64,000 bases of DNA from an uncultured Methanoregulaceae archaeon (GTDB taxonomy: Archaea > Halobacteriota > Methanomicrobia > Methanomicrobiales > Methanospirillaceae). Made by a program: the position numbers and the translations under genes. The number at the start of each line of letters is the position of its first letter. Position 1 is the first letter of the stretch. A model generated the notes under the pieces. The model was not told the origin of the DNA and did not search any database. It saw only the letters and a program-made list of their open reading frames with translations. Location: positions 1,440,001 to 1,504,000 of the forward strand of contig OY970061.1 of assembly GCA_963705255.1 (NCBI GenBank). Direction: 5' to 3'. This document shows, piece by piece, positions 53,965-64,000 of the stretch.

Positions 53965-54757
53965 GGACCCCCTCTATTCTATTTTGCGCAGCAAGCGCGA
54001 GGTCTCGCGCATGCAGATCCTCGTGGAGATCGCCGAGCACCAGCCCGCGGTCCGCCAGCAGGAGATCGCCGAGAAACTTGGCGTGACCCCGCAGGCGATC
54101 TCGGAGTACATCCGCGAGCTCGTGGAGGAGGGGATGGTCTCGGCCAGCGGCAGGGGCAATTACGAGGTGACCAGGTCGGGCATCGAGTGGGTGCTCGCCA
54201 ACGCCGAGTCCCTCGAGTCGTATGCCCGGCACATACGGCGCGACATCATCCAGCAGGTCTCGGTCTGGACCGCAATTGCGGCCGAGGACCTGAAGGCTGG
54301 CGACGAGGTCGGCGTGTACATGAAGGCCGGGTTCCTCTACGCCGGGAAGGAGCCCCTTGCGGCCACGGGCAGCGTGGTGGCGGATGCGAAGACGGGCGAG
54401 GACGTGGGAGTAGCCCGCCTGAACGGGATCATCGACCATCACGAGGGGGTCGTCCACGTCTGCAAGGTCCCGCGGATCCAGCACGGCGGCTCCCGGAAGG
54501 TACAGCGGGACAAGCTGCTGGAGGTCACCGGATCGGCAGGCATGGTTGCCGCTGTCGGGCTCGAAGCCTGCATCGCCCTGAGATCCGCGGGCAGGAAGCC
54601 CGACATGTTCTTCGGCGCCCGCGAAGGCGTCATCGAGGCGGCGTTCCACGGGATCGACTGCGCGATCGTGATCGTGGACGAGGAATTCACCGATTTTCTC
54701 AAGAGGCTGGAGAGCGTGGAACTCGCCTACGTGATCCATGACCTGATCTCCCCATGA
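53948..54757 (+). CDS. wHTH transcriptional regulator (COG1497-like)
   Basis: QQEIAEKLGVTPQAISEYIRELV helix-turn-helix. Confidence 0.8.
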   Translation: MTPGAKDPLYSILRSKREVSRMQILVEIAEHQPAVRQQEIAEKLGVTPQAISEYIRELVEEGMVSASGRGNYEVTRSGIEWVLANAESLESYARHIRRDIIQQVSVWTAIAAEDLKAGDEVGVYMKAGFLYAGKEPLAATGSVVADAKTGEDVGVARLNGIIDHHEGVVHVCKVPRIQHGGSRKVQRDKLLEVTGSAGMVAAVGLEACIALRSAGRKPDMFFGAREGVIEAAFHGIDCAIVIVDEEFTDFLKRLESVELAYVIHDLISP

Positions 54758-56823
54758 AGATCCTGGTTCAGCCCCAGAAAGGGGGCAACTACAAACTCCT
54801 TTTTGTCGATGGCAGGAATACGCGGGGGGCCGGGTATGTCGACCTGATGGAGACCCCGAGGGGCCCCCGCCCGACCAAGTACCGCGTGAAGTGGGGCGGA
54901 AAGAAAGAGTACAAGCACACTCCTTCAAAGGACCTAGTTGCAAACTTCCGCGAATCCGACGTGCGGATGGTTAGGAGCGACCCGAAGTTCGAGCTGTTCC
55001 TCCACGACTTCCAGGTCAGGGCCGGGGCAGTCAGCGCCTGTCGCATGTGCCTGCTCGATGAGAAATACACGCCCCTCGACGACAACAACACGGTGGTGTT
55101 CGGCAAGGGGGAGCAGATCTGCCTCGACTGCGGGCGCCGGGAACTGCGCCGGGAGGTCTCCCACCTCGGCAGGCTGGGGCGGGACGGCATCAGCCACCTC
55201 GAGAGCCTGCTCGTCCAGTTCCGCAACCTCGACCGGGTGCTCGCTACCCTCCAGCCAGAGAAACTGACCATGGAGGCGGCGCTCTTCGACCGTCTCGAAC
55301 CCCACCCGGTGATGACGACCTCCCCGGTCGAGGAGCTCCCTCTCCCCCGCGAGTTCGTCGAAGCAGCCGGGGTTAAGCAGCTGATGCCTGCCCAGCAGCT
55401 CGCCGTTGAGGCGGGGCTGCTGTTCGGGAAGGATCTCCTGGTTGTTGCGGCCACGGCGAGCGGCAAGACCTTCATCGGTGAGATGGCAGGGATCAAGAAC
55501 TATCTCGAAGGGCGCGGGCGGACGCTCTTCCTGGTCCCGCTCGTGGCGCTGGCGAACCAGAAGTACGAGCGGTTCACCGAACGGTACGGGAAATTTGCAC
55601 GGACCGGGCTTTTGACCGGGACGAGCCGGCTCAACCTCCCCGAGACCCGCAAGGTAGGGGACCGGAACCCGCAGGCGCCCATCATCGTCGGCACCTACGA
55701 GGGGGTGGACAACATGATCCGGCGGGGGCAGAAGATGAAGAACATAGCGACCGTGGTGATCGACGAGGTCCAGATGCTCGAGGACAACGACCGGGGGCAC
55801 CGGCTCGACGGCATGATCGCCCGGCTCAAGTACCTTGCCCCGCAGGCCCAGTTCCTGTACCTCTCTGCCACCATCGGGTCGCCGAAGGTTCTTGCGAAAA
55901 AACTGGACTGCACGCTCGTCCAGTACGCGGACCGGCCTGTCGGGCTGGAGCGCTACCTCCTCTTTGTCGAGCGCAAGCAGAAGATCCCGACCATCAAGCA
56001 GATGACGACCGAAGAGTACAAGCGGACGTCGTCCAAGGGCTACCGGGGCCAGACCATCATCTTCACCAACGCCCGGGCCCGCTGCCACACCATCGCAGAG
56101 GCGCTCGGGATACGGGCGGCGGCGTACCATGCCGGGCTCACCTCGCAGGAGCGCCGGGACGTGGAGACCCGCTTTTCGCAGGGCAAGCTCATGGCGGTGG
56201 TGACGACCGCGGCGCTCGGTGCAGGCGTCGACTTCCCGGCCTCGCAGGTGATCTTCGATGCGCTTGCCATGGGCAGGGACTGGCTCACGGTGCAGGAATT
56301 CAACCAGATGGGCGGAAGGGCCGGGAGGCCGGACTTCCACGACCTCGGCCGTGTGGTGATCCTCGCCGAACCCGGCGGCAGTTATTCCCGCGAAAACCCT
56401 TTCACGGAAGAAGAGGTCGCCATCCGCCTCCTCAAGGGGGAGATGGAGGAAGTGGCACCCGAGCACGACATTGAGAAGAGCTCCGAGGAGTATGTGGCCA
56501 ACGCCGTTGCCTGCGATGGGGAGGAAGCCGATCTCAACCGGATCAACGGCCTGATGGTCGGGAGCATGGAACCGGTGCTGCCGGAACTGGTTGCCCACCG
56601 GCTTGTGGAGAAACGCGGCACAAAACTGGTGATGACCCCGCTCGCACGGGTCATGGCGGAGCATTTCATCGGGATGGAGCGGCTGCTCGAGGTCATCCGG
56701 CTCACCGGAACGATGGAGGATCCCGTTGACATAATCGCAGAACTGGAGAGCGAAGACCTGCAGCGGGAGACAAAACCCTCAGCCGGGAAAATGGAGTCCC
56801 GCCGCCACGGCCGCAAGCGGTAA
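54754..56823 (+). CDS. Archaeal Ski2-like DEAD/DEAH-box helicase (ASH-Ski2-like)
   Basis: CxxC..CxxC N-terminal domain, ATASGKT, DEVQ, SAT, YHAGL and QMGGRAGRP. Confidence 0.88.
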   Translation: MKILVQPQKGGNYKLLFVDGRNTRGAGYVDLMETPRGPRPTKYRVKWGGKKEYKHTPSKDLVANFRESDVRMVRSDPKFELFLHDFQVRAGAVSACRMCLLDEKYTPLDDNNTVVFGKGEQICLDCGRRELRREVSHLGRLGRDGISHLESLLVQFRNLDRVLATLQPEKLTMEAALFDRLEPHPVMTTSPVEELPLPREFVEAAGVKQLMPAQQLAVEAGLLFGKDLLVVAATASGKTFIGEMAGIKNYLEGRGRTLFLVPLVALANQKYERFTERYGKFARTGLLTGTSRLNLPETRKVGDRNPQAPIIVGTYEGVDNMIRRGQKMKNIATVVIDEVQMLEDNDRGHRLDGMIARLKYLAPQAQFLYLSATIGSPKVLAKKLDCTLVQYADRPVGLERYLLFVERKQKIPTIKQMTTEEYKRTSSKGYRGQTIIFTNARARCHTIAEALGIRAAAYHAGLTSQERRDVETRFSQGKLMAVVTTAALGAGVDFPASQVIFDALAMGRDWLTVQEFNQMGGRAGRPDFHDLGRVVILAEPGGSYSRENPFTEEEVAIRLLKGEMEEVAPEHDIEKSSEEYVANAVACDGEEADLNRINGLMVGSMEPVLPELVAHRLVEKRGTKLVMTPLARVMAEHFIGMERLLEVIRLTGTMEDPVDIIAELESEDLQRETKPSAGKMESRRHGRKR

Positions 56824-56936
56824 CCCGCTGCCGGGAAAACCCTGGAATCCACTGATAATAACCTGTTTTTGTCATTCAGTCAATTTAAAATGATTTTTGA
56901 GGAATCGGAAAATTTATAAAATCGAACAAACTACTA

Positions 56937-57149
56937 ATGAACATGAACGGTAGGGACGACCAGGATCTCCAGATAAAGAAGGATCTCCAGTACCTTACCC
57001 GGGCCCTGACAGCAGACAACCTCGACATCGGGGTGATGTTCTCGCCGGAACGGGGGATCCGGGCCTGCATTCCCCCGTTTGAATCGTTCGCCCTTGGCGG
57101 CCTGTTCGTGCGGGAGCGCCTGCGCCGTGTCAGGCCGCCGGCGGAATGA
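56937..57149 (+). CDS. Small hypothetical protein
   Basis: 70-aa ORF after an AT-rich TTTATAA promoter-like sequence. Confidence 0.5.
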   Translation: MNMNGRDDQDLQIKKDLQYLTRALTADNLDIGVMFSPERGIRACIPPFESFALGGLFVRERLRRVRPPAE

Positions 57150-57207
57150 GCGGACCGGATCTTTTAAAAAGAATTTTAAAGGTTATCACGTTCCCGGAGG
57201 ATCCGCA

Positions 57208-57330
57208 GTCGAAGAATTCTGATCAATTCTTCTCCACTCACAGCTCGCTTCGCAACCTGTTCTTAGTCAATGAATTCTGATCAATTCTTCTCCGGTTAAT
57301 CCTCGCTAACGAGATGATTAATTCTTCGCC
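57208..57330 (-). repeat. Hairpin repeat family copy (inverted relative to 47157-47240)
   Basis: The reverse complement of 57208-57290 aligns without gaps to 47157-47239 (e.g. AGAACAGGTTGCGAAG..CTGTGAGTGGAGAAGAATT). Confidence 0.85.
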
Positions 57331-57569
57331 TCTCGGGCATCCCAAAATTGCGATAGAACGGATTCGGTGTACAAACTCTGAATTCACCCTGCCTCACATC
57401 AATGATTCACTTTTTTGAAAATTATTCTGGTTGTCCGATTATCCATTTTTTCTTTCGAATATTTTGAAAAAGGTGGTGGTCAAAATGACACTATGCCCAT
57501 AACAATATTCCGGCTCTTCATAAAAATAAGAGAGAGATGATTGCCAGGATCCGATCCCATTGGCGGTGA

Positions 57570-57644
57570 TTACCCCCTCGCCCGGACGTGCCCGAGCCGA
57601 TGGACCGCGGTGATGCGCCCGAAGAGGACGAACATCCAGCCGGG
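57570..57644 (-). pseudogene. Orphan degenerate 3' end of the CDP-alcohol phosphatidyltransferase gene (cf. 61863-61950)
   Basis: GWMFVLFG---RITAVHRLGHVRARG* versus GWMLILFGLLGHITAFQRFAYVWAKVE*. Confidence 0.65.
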
Positions 57645-57862
57645 CTACGTGAGCCTGTAGATTCCTGAAGAAAGCAGGCATAAAACCGTGCCTTCCGGAG
57701 GCTACCTCGATCGTACTAATAAAACGGGGGATGAATTCCGTCTTTCACCGGCTGTTGTATTCCGTGCGTGGGTAAGAGGGCCCGTTCCCGGCAAAAAAGA
57801 GTCATCGGGTTTGCCAACGGCACGGATTCTGGTGCTTCCATCGCCTTTGCCGTGATGCATAC

Positions 57863-60800
57863 CTAGGATGCCTCCTGGTCCAGAGTCAATGAATTAAACT
57901 GCATTATTTCCGAGATCGGACCCGCCAGATATTTCTGTCCGCTTGATAACGTGACAGTTACCGTATTCGTACGCGGGAACGATGCTTTCACCGTAAACTG
58001 CTGGCCGTTGCCTGGTGGTGTCACCAATGCGGTAAGATACAATTGTTGCACACCATTCACATCAATCTCTATATATCGTCCTTGGGCAAAAGTGGAGCTG
58101 CTCAACAGACCGCTGAAGGTAATGTTATCATATCCGGTGCCATAGGGGGCCGTAAATGTCTTCCAGACACTGGATTGCGTTGTACCACCCTGATTGAGAC
58201 TGACATTCGACCCGTGTTCGCCGTGAGTGCCAACCATGACCGGGCCGTATTCCGAACCGGGGGTACTATTTCCCGTCCAGGTTGCACTATAACCCCAGCC
58301 GGTCCATCCGTCAGAAGACCAGGTCGTGGTGAATGGGGGAGTGATATCGTATACCACCGTGAACGCAGCGTTCATAGACCCGGCCTGCCCGTCGGCGTTC
58401 ATGACATTGACATCCCACGCCCCGACCGATGATGTGGTTGGCGGGGGAAGCGGGAATGTGCAGGTGATCCGGGTGGGCGAGACTACGACTACATTGGTCG
58501 CTGTAATAGTACTCTGTCCCGTCTTTGCAAGCCAGACGGTCGGTGTCGTACCCACCACAAAGTTCGTGCCTGCAACGCTGGTCCCCACCGTGGTCCCGGC
58601 AACGCCACTGGCCGGGGTGATGCCCGTTACGGTCGGGGCACCTACCACCGTAAACGCAGCGTTCATAGACCCGGCCTGCCCGTCGGTATTCATGACATTG
58701 ACATCCCATGCCCCGACCGATGATGTGGTTGGCGGGGGAAGCGGGAATGTGCAGGTGATCCGGGTGGGCGAGACTACGACTACATTGGTCGCTGTAATAG
58801 TGCTCTGTCCCGTTTTTGCCAGCCAGACAGTCGGTGTCGTGCCCACAATAAAGTTCGTGCCCGCAACGCTGGTTCCCACCATGGTCCCGGCTTTCCCGCT
58901 GGCCGGGGTGATGCCGGTCACAGAAAGGGGCGGGTTTGTCACCGTGAACGCGGCGCTTATTGACCCGGACTGCCCGTCGGCGTTTTTCACGACGAGATCC
59001 CACTGCCCGGCCAATGTGGCAGAGGGCGGGGGAAGCGGGAACGTGCAGGTGATCGCCGTCGAGGTTTGTACGGTAATATTGGTCGCCGTAATATTGCTCT
59101 GTCCAGTTTTTGCAAGCCAGACGGTTGTTGGTGAACCCACGACAAAGTTTGTGCCAACAAGGCTGGTTACCGATACCAGAGTCCCGGCTGTCCCGCCGCC
59201 GGAGTGATGCCGGTCACGGTCGGGGCCGGATTTGTCACTGTGAACGCGGCGCTTATTGACCCGGACTGCCCGTCGGCGTTCATGACATAGACATCCCAAG
59301 GCCCGAGGACCGTGGGGTTGGGGAGCGGGAACGTGCAGGTGAGCCGGGTGGGCGAGACTACGACTACATTGGTCGCCGTCATATTATTCGTTCCAGTCTT
59401 TGCCAGCCAGACGATCGGCGGCGGAGTCGCCATAAAGTTCGTGCCCGAAAGGTTGGTGATCGTTACCGTGGTCGCGGCAACGCCACTGGCCGGAGTGAGG
59501 CCGGTCACGGTCAGGGGCGGGTTTGTCACCGTGAACGCGGCGATCTTTGATGCGAACTGCCCGTCAGCGTTTTTCACGATGAGATCCCACTGCCCGGCCG
59601 ATGTGGCAGAGGGCGGGGGAAGCGGGAGAGTGCAGGTGATCTGGGTCGGCGAGACTACGGTCACATTGGTCGCCGTAATATTGTTTGCTCCCGTTTTTGC
59701 CAGCCAGACGGTCGGTACCGTGCCCACAATAAAGTTCGTGCCTGCAACGCTGGTTCCCACCGGGGTCCCGGCAACGCTGCTGGCCGGGGTGATGCCCGTT
59801 ACGGTCGGGGCTGGCATATACGTATATGCTCCCGTCGCGGTTACGGTCTGGCCATCATTGTTGGTAATTACTACATTCTGAGATCCGGCTGTGCCGGCGG
59901 GAGTTGTCGCTGTAATATGAGTGGAGTCAGCAACGACAACATTCGTTGCTGCCACACCGCCAATGGTCACATTTAACGATCCACCTGAAACAAAGTTCGT
60001 ACCGACTATCGTTACCGTGGTACCACCCGCTGCCGGGCCGTTTGCCGGGGTAATGCTCGTGAACGTCGGCGCCGGGGCGGTTGGGTTTTGCATGTGCCCT
60101 GTCCCGGCTGCATATTTCAGGTCCTGGTTCTTCTGGTCATAGTAACTGATCCGGGGGTTCCCCAGCGAGTCCAGTGCAAGGGAAGTATACTCGCCTACCC
60201 GCTTGGAGCTGTCCACCGTTTCGGTCACCCACAGGGAGGTTGTGCTGTTCCACGCGGCAAATTTCAGATTGCCGTTGGTTGCGTCGAAATAACTGATACG
60301 CGGGTTACTGTACACGTCCAGCTCAAGCGATGAATACTCCCCGACATCCCCGGCACTGTCCACGGTCGTGATGACCCACCGGCTACCGTCCCAGGACGCA
60401 TACTTCAGATCCCTGTTCGTCTGGTCGTAGTAGCTGATCCTCGGGTTGCCGATACTGTCGAGGGCCAGGGACGAATACTCCCCAACATTTATGGATTTAT
60501 CTTCGTTCCTGCGGTGATCTCCATCCCAGTTACCCCCTTTTTGTCCTTTCATATAGTTGGAGCCGTCTACGGTCGTGATGACCCACCGGCTACCGTCCCA
60601 GGACGCATACTTCAGATCCCCGTTCGTCTGGTCGTAGTAGCTGATCTTCGGATTGCCGATGCTGTCGAGAGCCAGGGACGAATACTCCCCAACATCCCTG
60701 GCACTGTCCACGGTCGTGATGACCCACCGGCTACCGTCCCAGGATGCATACTTCAGATCCCCGTTCGTCTGGTCGTAGTAGCTGATCCTCGGATTGCCGA

Positions 60801-61407
60801 TGCTGTCGAGGGCCAGGGACGAATACTCCCCAACATTTATGGATTTATCTTCGTTCCTGCGGTGATCCTCATCCCAGTTACCCCCTTTTTGTCCTTTCAT
60901 ATAGTTGGAGCCGTCTACGGTCGTGACAACCCACTGGCTACCGTCCCAGGACGCATACTTCAGGTCACCTTTCCCGGTATCAAGGTAACTTATCCTCGGA
61001 TCGCCGATGCTGTCGAGGGCCAGGGACGAATACTCCCCAACCTTTTCGGTACCGTGAAAATTCCTGACATAATCACTGTCGTTATCTCTGTCACTACCCC
61101 ATTCCAGGAAAAACAATTTGTATTTACTATCACTCTTGGAATAGTCTGCGGTTGTGATGACCCACTGGCTCCCGTTCCAGAAGGCATACTTCAGGTCACC
61201 TTTCGTCTGGTCATAGTAACTGATTGCAGGACTGCCCGCTGCATTCAGGGCAATGGATGAATATTGTCCGACATTGCCGGTACTGGCCACCGTCTGCAGG
61301 GACCATGGCCCGAATTCAGTTGCTGATACCCCCCCGATAAGCAGAAATTCCAATATGACGATGATAACAACAGGACAGTATGCCTTTAGAATACGGCTTG
61401 CGTTCAT
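57863..61407 (-). CDS. Secreted surface protein: 7-repeat beta-propeller-like region, six IPT/TIG domains, C-terminal beta domain; frameshift near 59195
   Basis: Signal peptide; seven VGEYSSLALD..G.PRISYYD...DLKYA repeats; P.VTGITP.SG...GTNF repeats. Confidence 0.85.
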
Positions 61408-61862
61408 TTTTCCTCCCATACGTGCACATTCCGGGTCTGGCGATTCATGTAATTCCGGTTAAAAAAATTCCGGTTAAATACTAACAGGAATTGATACACA
61501 AAATTCACGTTATATCCCAGATGATGGTATCCCATTAATAATGAGTATTTCCTTTTTGACCGACTGGACAATTGCATGGTTTTCCTGATACTCATACTGA
61601 TCTTTTCCTGCAAAAAACCGGGAAGATTGAAAACACCCTGAAAATCCGGCACGTACGTATGCTGGAGCATCCGGCCTGTTCCAGGATCCGGTGCCATTCA
61701 TGATGATCACAGGCCGGAATTACGTTGTGTGCAGCCAGCAGGAAAAACCGCTGAAATACCGGGGAAAAGACAACGGGCGGGTTCTCTCCGGAAAAATGTG
61801 TCTGCATTGTGATAAAACAGACAGTGGCCGTGAAAAAATTTGAATTCGCGCGGGAAAATACA

Positions 61863-62459
61863 TTATTCCACCTTCGCCCAGACATACGCGAACCGCTGGA
61901 AAGCGGTGATGTGCCCTAACAGGCCGAAGAGGATGAGCATCCAGCCGAGGAGCGAGAGGCCGGAGAAACTGAGCGGGACGAGCAGGTCGATGATACCCAC
62001 GGCCATAATCATGACCAGCCGGTCCGCCCTCCCGAGCAGCCCCCCGTAGTACCGCCCGACCCCGACCGCCTGCGCCTGCGTCCCGAGATACGATGCCATC
62101 AGCACCCCGGTCAGGGCGAAAACCCCGATCTGCCAGGGTACGAGCCCGCCGGCAAAGATCCCGGTGATGATGAAGATGTCCGCGTACCGGTCGACGGCAT
62201 GATCGAGGAAGTCCCCCCGTTTGCTCTGGACCTTCATCTCGCGGGCAACGGCGCCGTCCATCGCGTCGCAGAGCGCGTTTGCGGCGACCGCGACGATCGC
62301 CCACAGTTCCATCCTGAAAAAGAAGAAGAGCCCTGCAACAGCCGAGGCAAGAAGGGCTGCGATGGTGAAGAAGTTCGGTGTCAGCCTGCACCGGATTGCT
62401 ATCGAGACCAGGGGGTCGAAATAGACCTTCGCGTGGGAGCGGTACTGGTCAAGGGTCAT
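61863..62459 (-). CDS. CDP-alcohol phosphatidyltransferase (archaetidylinositol phosphate synthase-like)
   Basis: TPN..T, DAMDGAVAR...G.FLD...DRY.D signature. Confidence 0.92.
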   Translation of the reverse strand: MTLDQYRSHAKVYFDPLVSIAIRCRLTPNFFTIAALLASAVAGLFFFFRMELWAIVAVAANALCDAMDGAVAREMKVQSKRGDFLDHAVDRYADIFIITGIFAGGLVPWQIGVFALTGVLMASYLGTQAQAVGVGRYYGGLLGRADRLVMIMAVGIIDLLVPLSFSGLSLLGWMLILFGLLGHITAFQRFAYVWAKVE

Positions 62460-62968
62460 AGCAGTCCCTCAAGATAGCCCGACCAGTCGATATGGCCAAA
62501 GTCCGGCGGGATCTCCCCGTTCCGGAACTGTTCGATCCGGTCAGCACAGTACGTGGCCGAACGGCCGGTCGTGTCCAGTTCCAGGATCTGCGAAGGGTCA
62601 TACGCTTCAACGGTCTCTACGAGGCAGACATCCAGCGCTTCCGCCTCGGCATTCTCGCGTATCTTCCTTTCCCGGTATTTGCGCCGGGCCAGCCGGGCTC
62701 TCAACTCATCGGGGTGGCAGCGGAGCACGACAATCCGGTCGCAGTGCAGCAGGTGGGCAAAGTGGCCTTCCACGAAACCGTCGACCGGGACAAACTCTTC
62801 TGCCCACCGGTCCGTATCAATCTCCTGGGCGTCGCGCTCTTCATCCTCGCCGACCACATACGGCCCGACCGTATCGGTGAGATGGACCACGGTATACCCG
62901 CGCTTTGCAAGTTCCATGCCCACAAGGGATTTTCCGGTGCCCGGCGTGCCGGTGATGCCGCACATCAT
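62456..62968 (-). CDS. Adenylate kinase family protein (Fap7/AK6-like)
   Basis: GITGTPGTGKS, EGH..H and K..EN.EAE. Confidence 0.9.
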   Translation of the reverse strand: MMCGITGTPGTGKSLVGMELAKRGYTVVHLTDTVGPYVVGEDEERDAQEIDTDRWAEEFVPVDGFVEGHFAHLLHCDRIVVLRCHPDELRARLARRKYRERKIRENAEAEALDVCLVETVEAYDPSQILELDTTGRSATYCADRIEQFRNGEIPPDFGHIDWSGYLEGLL

Positions 62969-64000
62969 AACGAATTGATCACCGTCAAGAACCGTTCGTT
63001 CTCCCAGTCCTCGCCGACACTCACCCGGATATAATGATCGGGCAGTCCGGTGAAACTCCGGCAGGAGCGGATGACAACCCCCTGGCGGGCGAGTTCTTCT
63101 GCCATCCGGTCCCCGGTATGGGGCCTGACATCGACCATGACGAAGTTCGCGTCGGATGGCAGGACCGGGAATTTTACTTCTTCCGTGAACTTCTCCCGCC
63201 ATCTCCTGACCTGAGCGATATACCGCTCTGCGTGGTCCCTGTCCGGAAGTGCGGCGGCCGCGGCAGCAGCAGATACGGAATTTACCGTGAACGGCGTACT
63301 GGCACGCTGGTACCAGGGCGGGAGCCAGCGCGGGGTGAACGCATACCCGATGCGCAGCCCGGCAAGCGAGTGGACTTTGGAAAACGTCCTCCCGAGTACC
63401 AGGTTCTCGTGCTTTTTCATCAGCGGGAGATAATCGCAGTCCGAGAATTCAATATAGGCATTGTCGAGGAAAAGGACCCCTTCGATCCCTTCGAGAATCT
63501 CTGCAACCGTTTCGACAGGGGTTGCGTTCCCGGTCGGGTTGTTCGGAGAGCACACGACGGTAATCTTTGCCGGTCCGGCTGCACGGATCAGTTTTTCCGG
63601 GTCGACCGAGAAGTCCGGTTCGCGGGGCACGGGGATGATACCGGCACCCTGCCCCATGGCGGCGAGGGCGTAGAACGAGAACGTCGGCGTGGCAATGACC
63701 ACCTGCTCCCCGGGCTCCACCAGCGTGCGGATCAGGGTCTCGATGACCCCGTCCATCCCGACGCCGGTGACGAAGTGGTAATCGCCATAGTACGCCCTGA
63801 GCGCGTTCATCAGCACGTTCACGCGCTCGTCCGGGTAGCGGTTGACCTTCAGGAGTGCTTCTTCTGCCGCTACACATGCGGCCGCCGATAGAGGTTCGGG
63901 GTTCTCGTTGCTTGCAAGCCGGGCGATCTGCCCGAGGCGGTACTCCCGCGCAATATCCTCCGCTTTCTTCGCGAAGACGTATCCGCTCTTCTTTTTATAG
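62965..64000 (-). CDS. hisC: Histidinol-phosphate aminotransferase (5' end beyond window)
   Basis: LASNENP, NRYPD, SPNNPTG, DNAY.EF and RTFSK..SLAGLRIGY; open frame to the window end. Confidence 0.93.
   Translation of the reverse strand, partial: YKKKSGYVFAKKAEDIAREYRLGQIARLASNENPEPLSAAACVAAEEALLKVNRYPDERVNVLMNALRAYYGDYHFVTGVGMDGVIETLIRTLVEPGEQVVIATPTFSFYALAAMGQGAGIIPVPREPDFSVDPEKLIRAAGPAKITVVCSPNNPTGNATPVETVAEILEGIEGVLFLDNAYIEFSDCDYLPLMKKHENLVLGRTFSKVHSLAGLRIGYAFTPRWLPPWYQRASTPFTVNSVSAAAAAAALPDRDHAERYIAQVRRWREKFTEEVKFPVLPSDANFVMVDVRPHTGDRMAEELARQGVVIRSCRSFTGLPDHYIRVSVGEDWENERFLTVINSL

Noticed and set aside
54934-56664. Long antisense and alternate-frame ORFs (e.g. 54934-56664, 12605-13822, 21907-23076, 34316-35536, 49337-50662)
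   Set aside because: They are shadows of real GC-rich genes on the opposite strand, with no recognisable motifs.
300-59200. About 15 frameshifts in 13 genes (mptG, kinase, both ABC genes, two radical SAM genes, Thg1-like, glgP x3, dtdA, M24 peptidase, membrane gene, hypF, IPT protein) as programmed frameshifting or mass pseudogenisation
   Set aside because: They are isolated single-base indels, often at short homopolymers, in genes with otherwise intact motifs and no shared slippery site. Long-read sequencing error is the simplest explanation; polishing with short reads would settle it.

Overview
Chromosomal segment of a methanogenic euryarchaeon, most likely Methanomicrobiales (Methanoregula-like). 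This is inferred from the archaeal ftsZ-secE-spt5 and rpl11-rpl1-rpl10-rpl12 genes, methanopterin genes (mptG fusion, mptE), archaeal DtdA, Thg1-like protein, hypF and PAS-rich histidine kinases. Most of the window is GC-rich housekeeping DNA. About 15 single-base frameshifts in 13 otherwise intact genes look like long-read indel errors. The most notable points are: (1) a ~14.5 kb mosaic accessory region (30002-44560) between spt5 and rpl11, carrying an IS remnant, AT-rich genes, PPK2, Fic, a KAP NTPase plus membrane protein pair, and unexplained non-coding architecture (a recurring 17-20 bp G-rich motif and 32-bp-period tandem arrays); (2) a dispersed, covarying double-hairpin repeat family with a C(ATCA)G loop at four intergenic loci; (3) two cases where a diverged copy of a gene's 3' end sits on the far side of a 4-5 kb cargo block; (4) a candidate 25-aa small ORF followed by tandem anti-Shine-Dalgarno motifs. 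All protein calls come from motif recognition only; no database searches were run.
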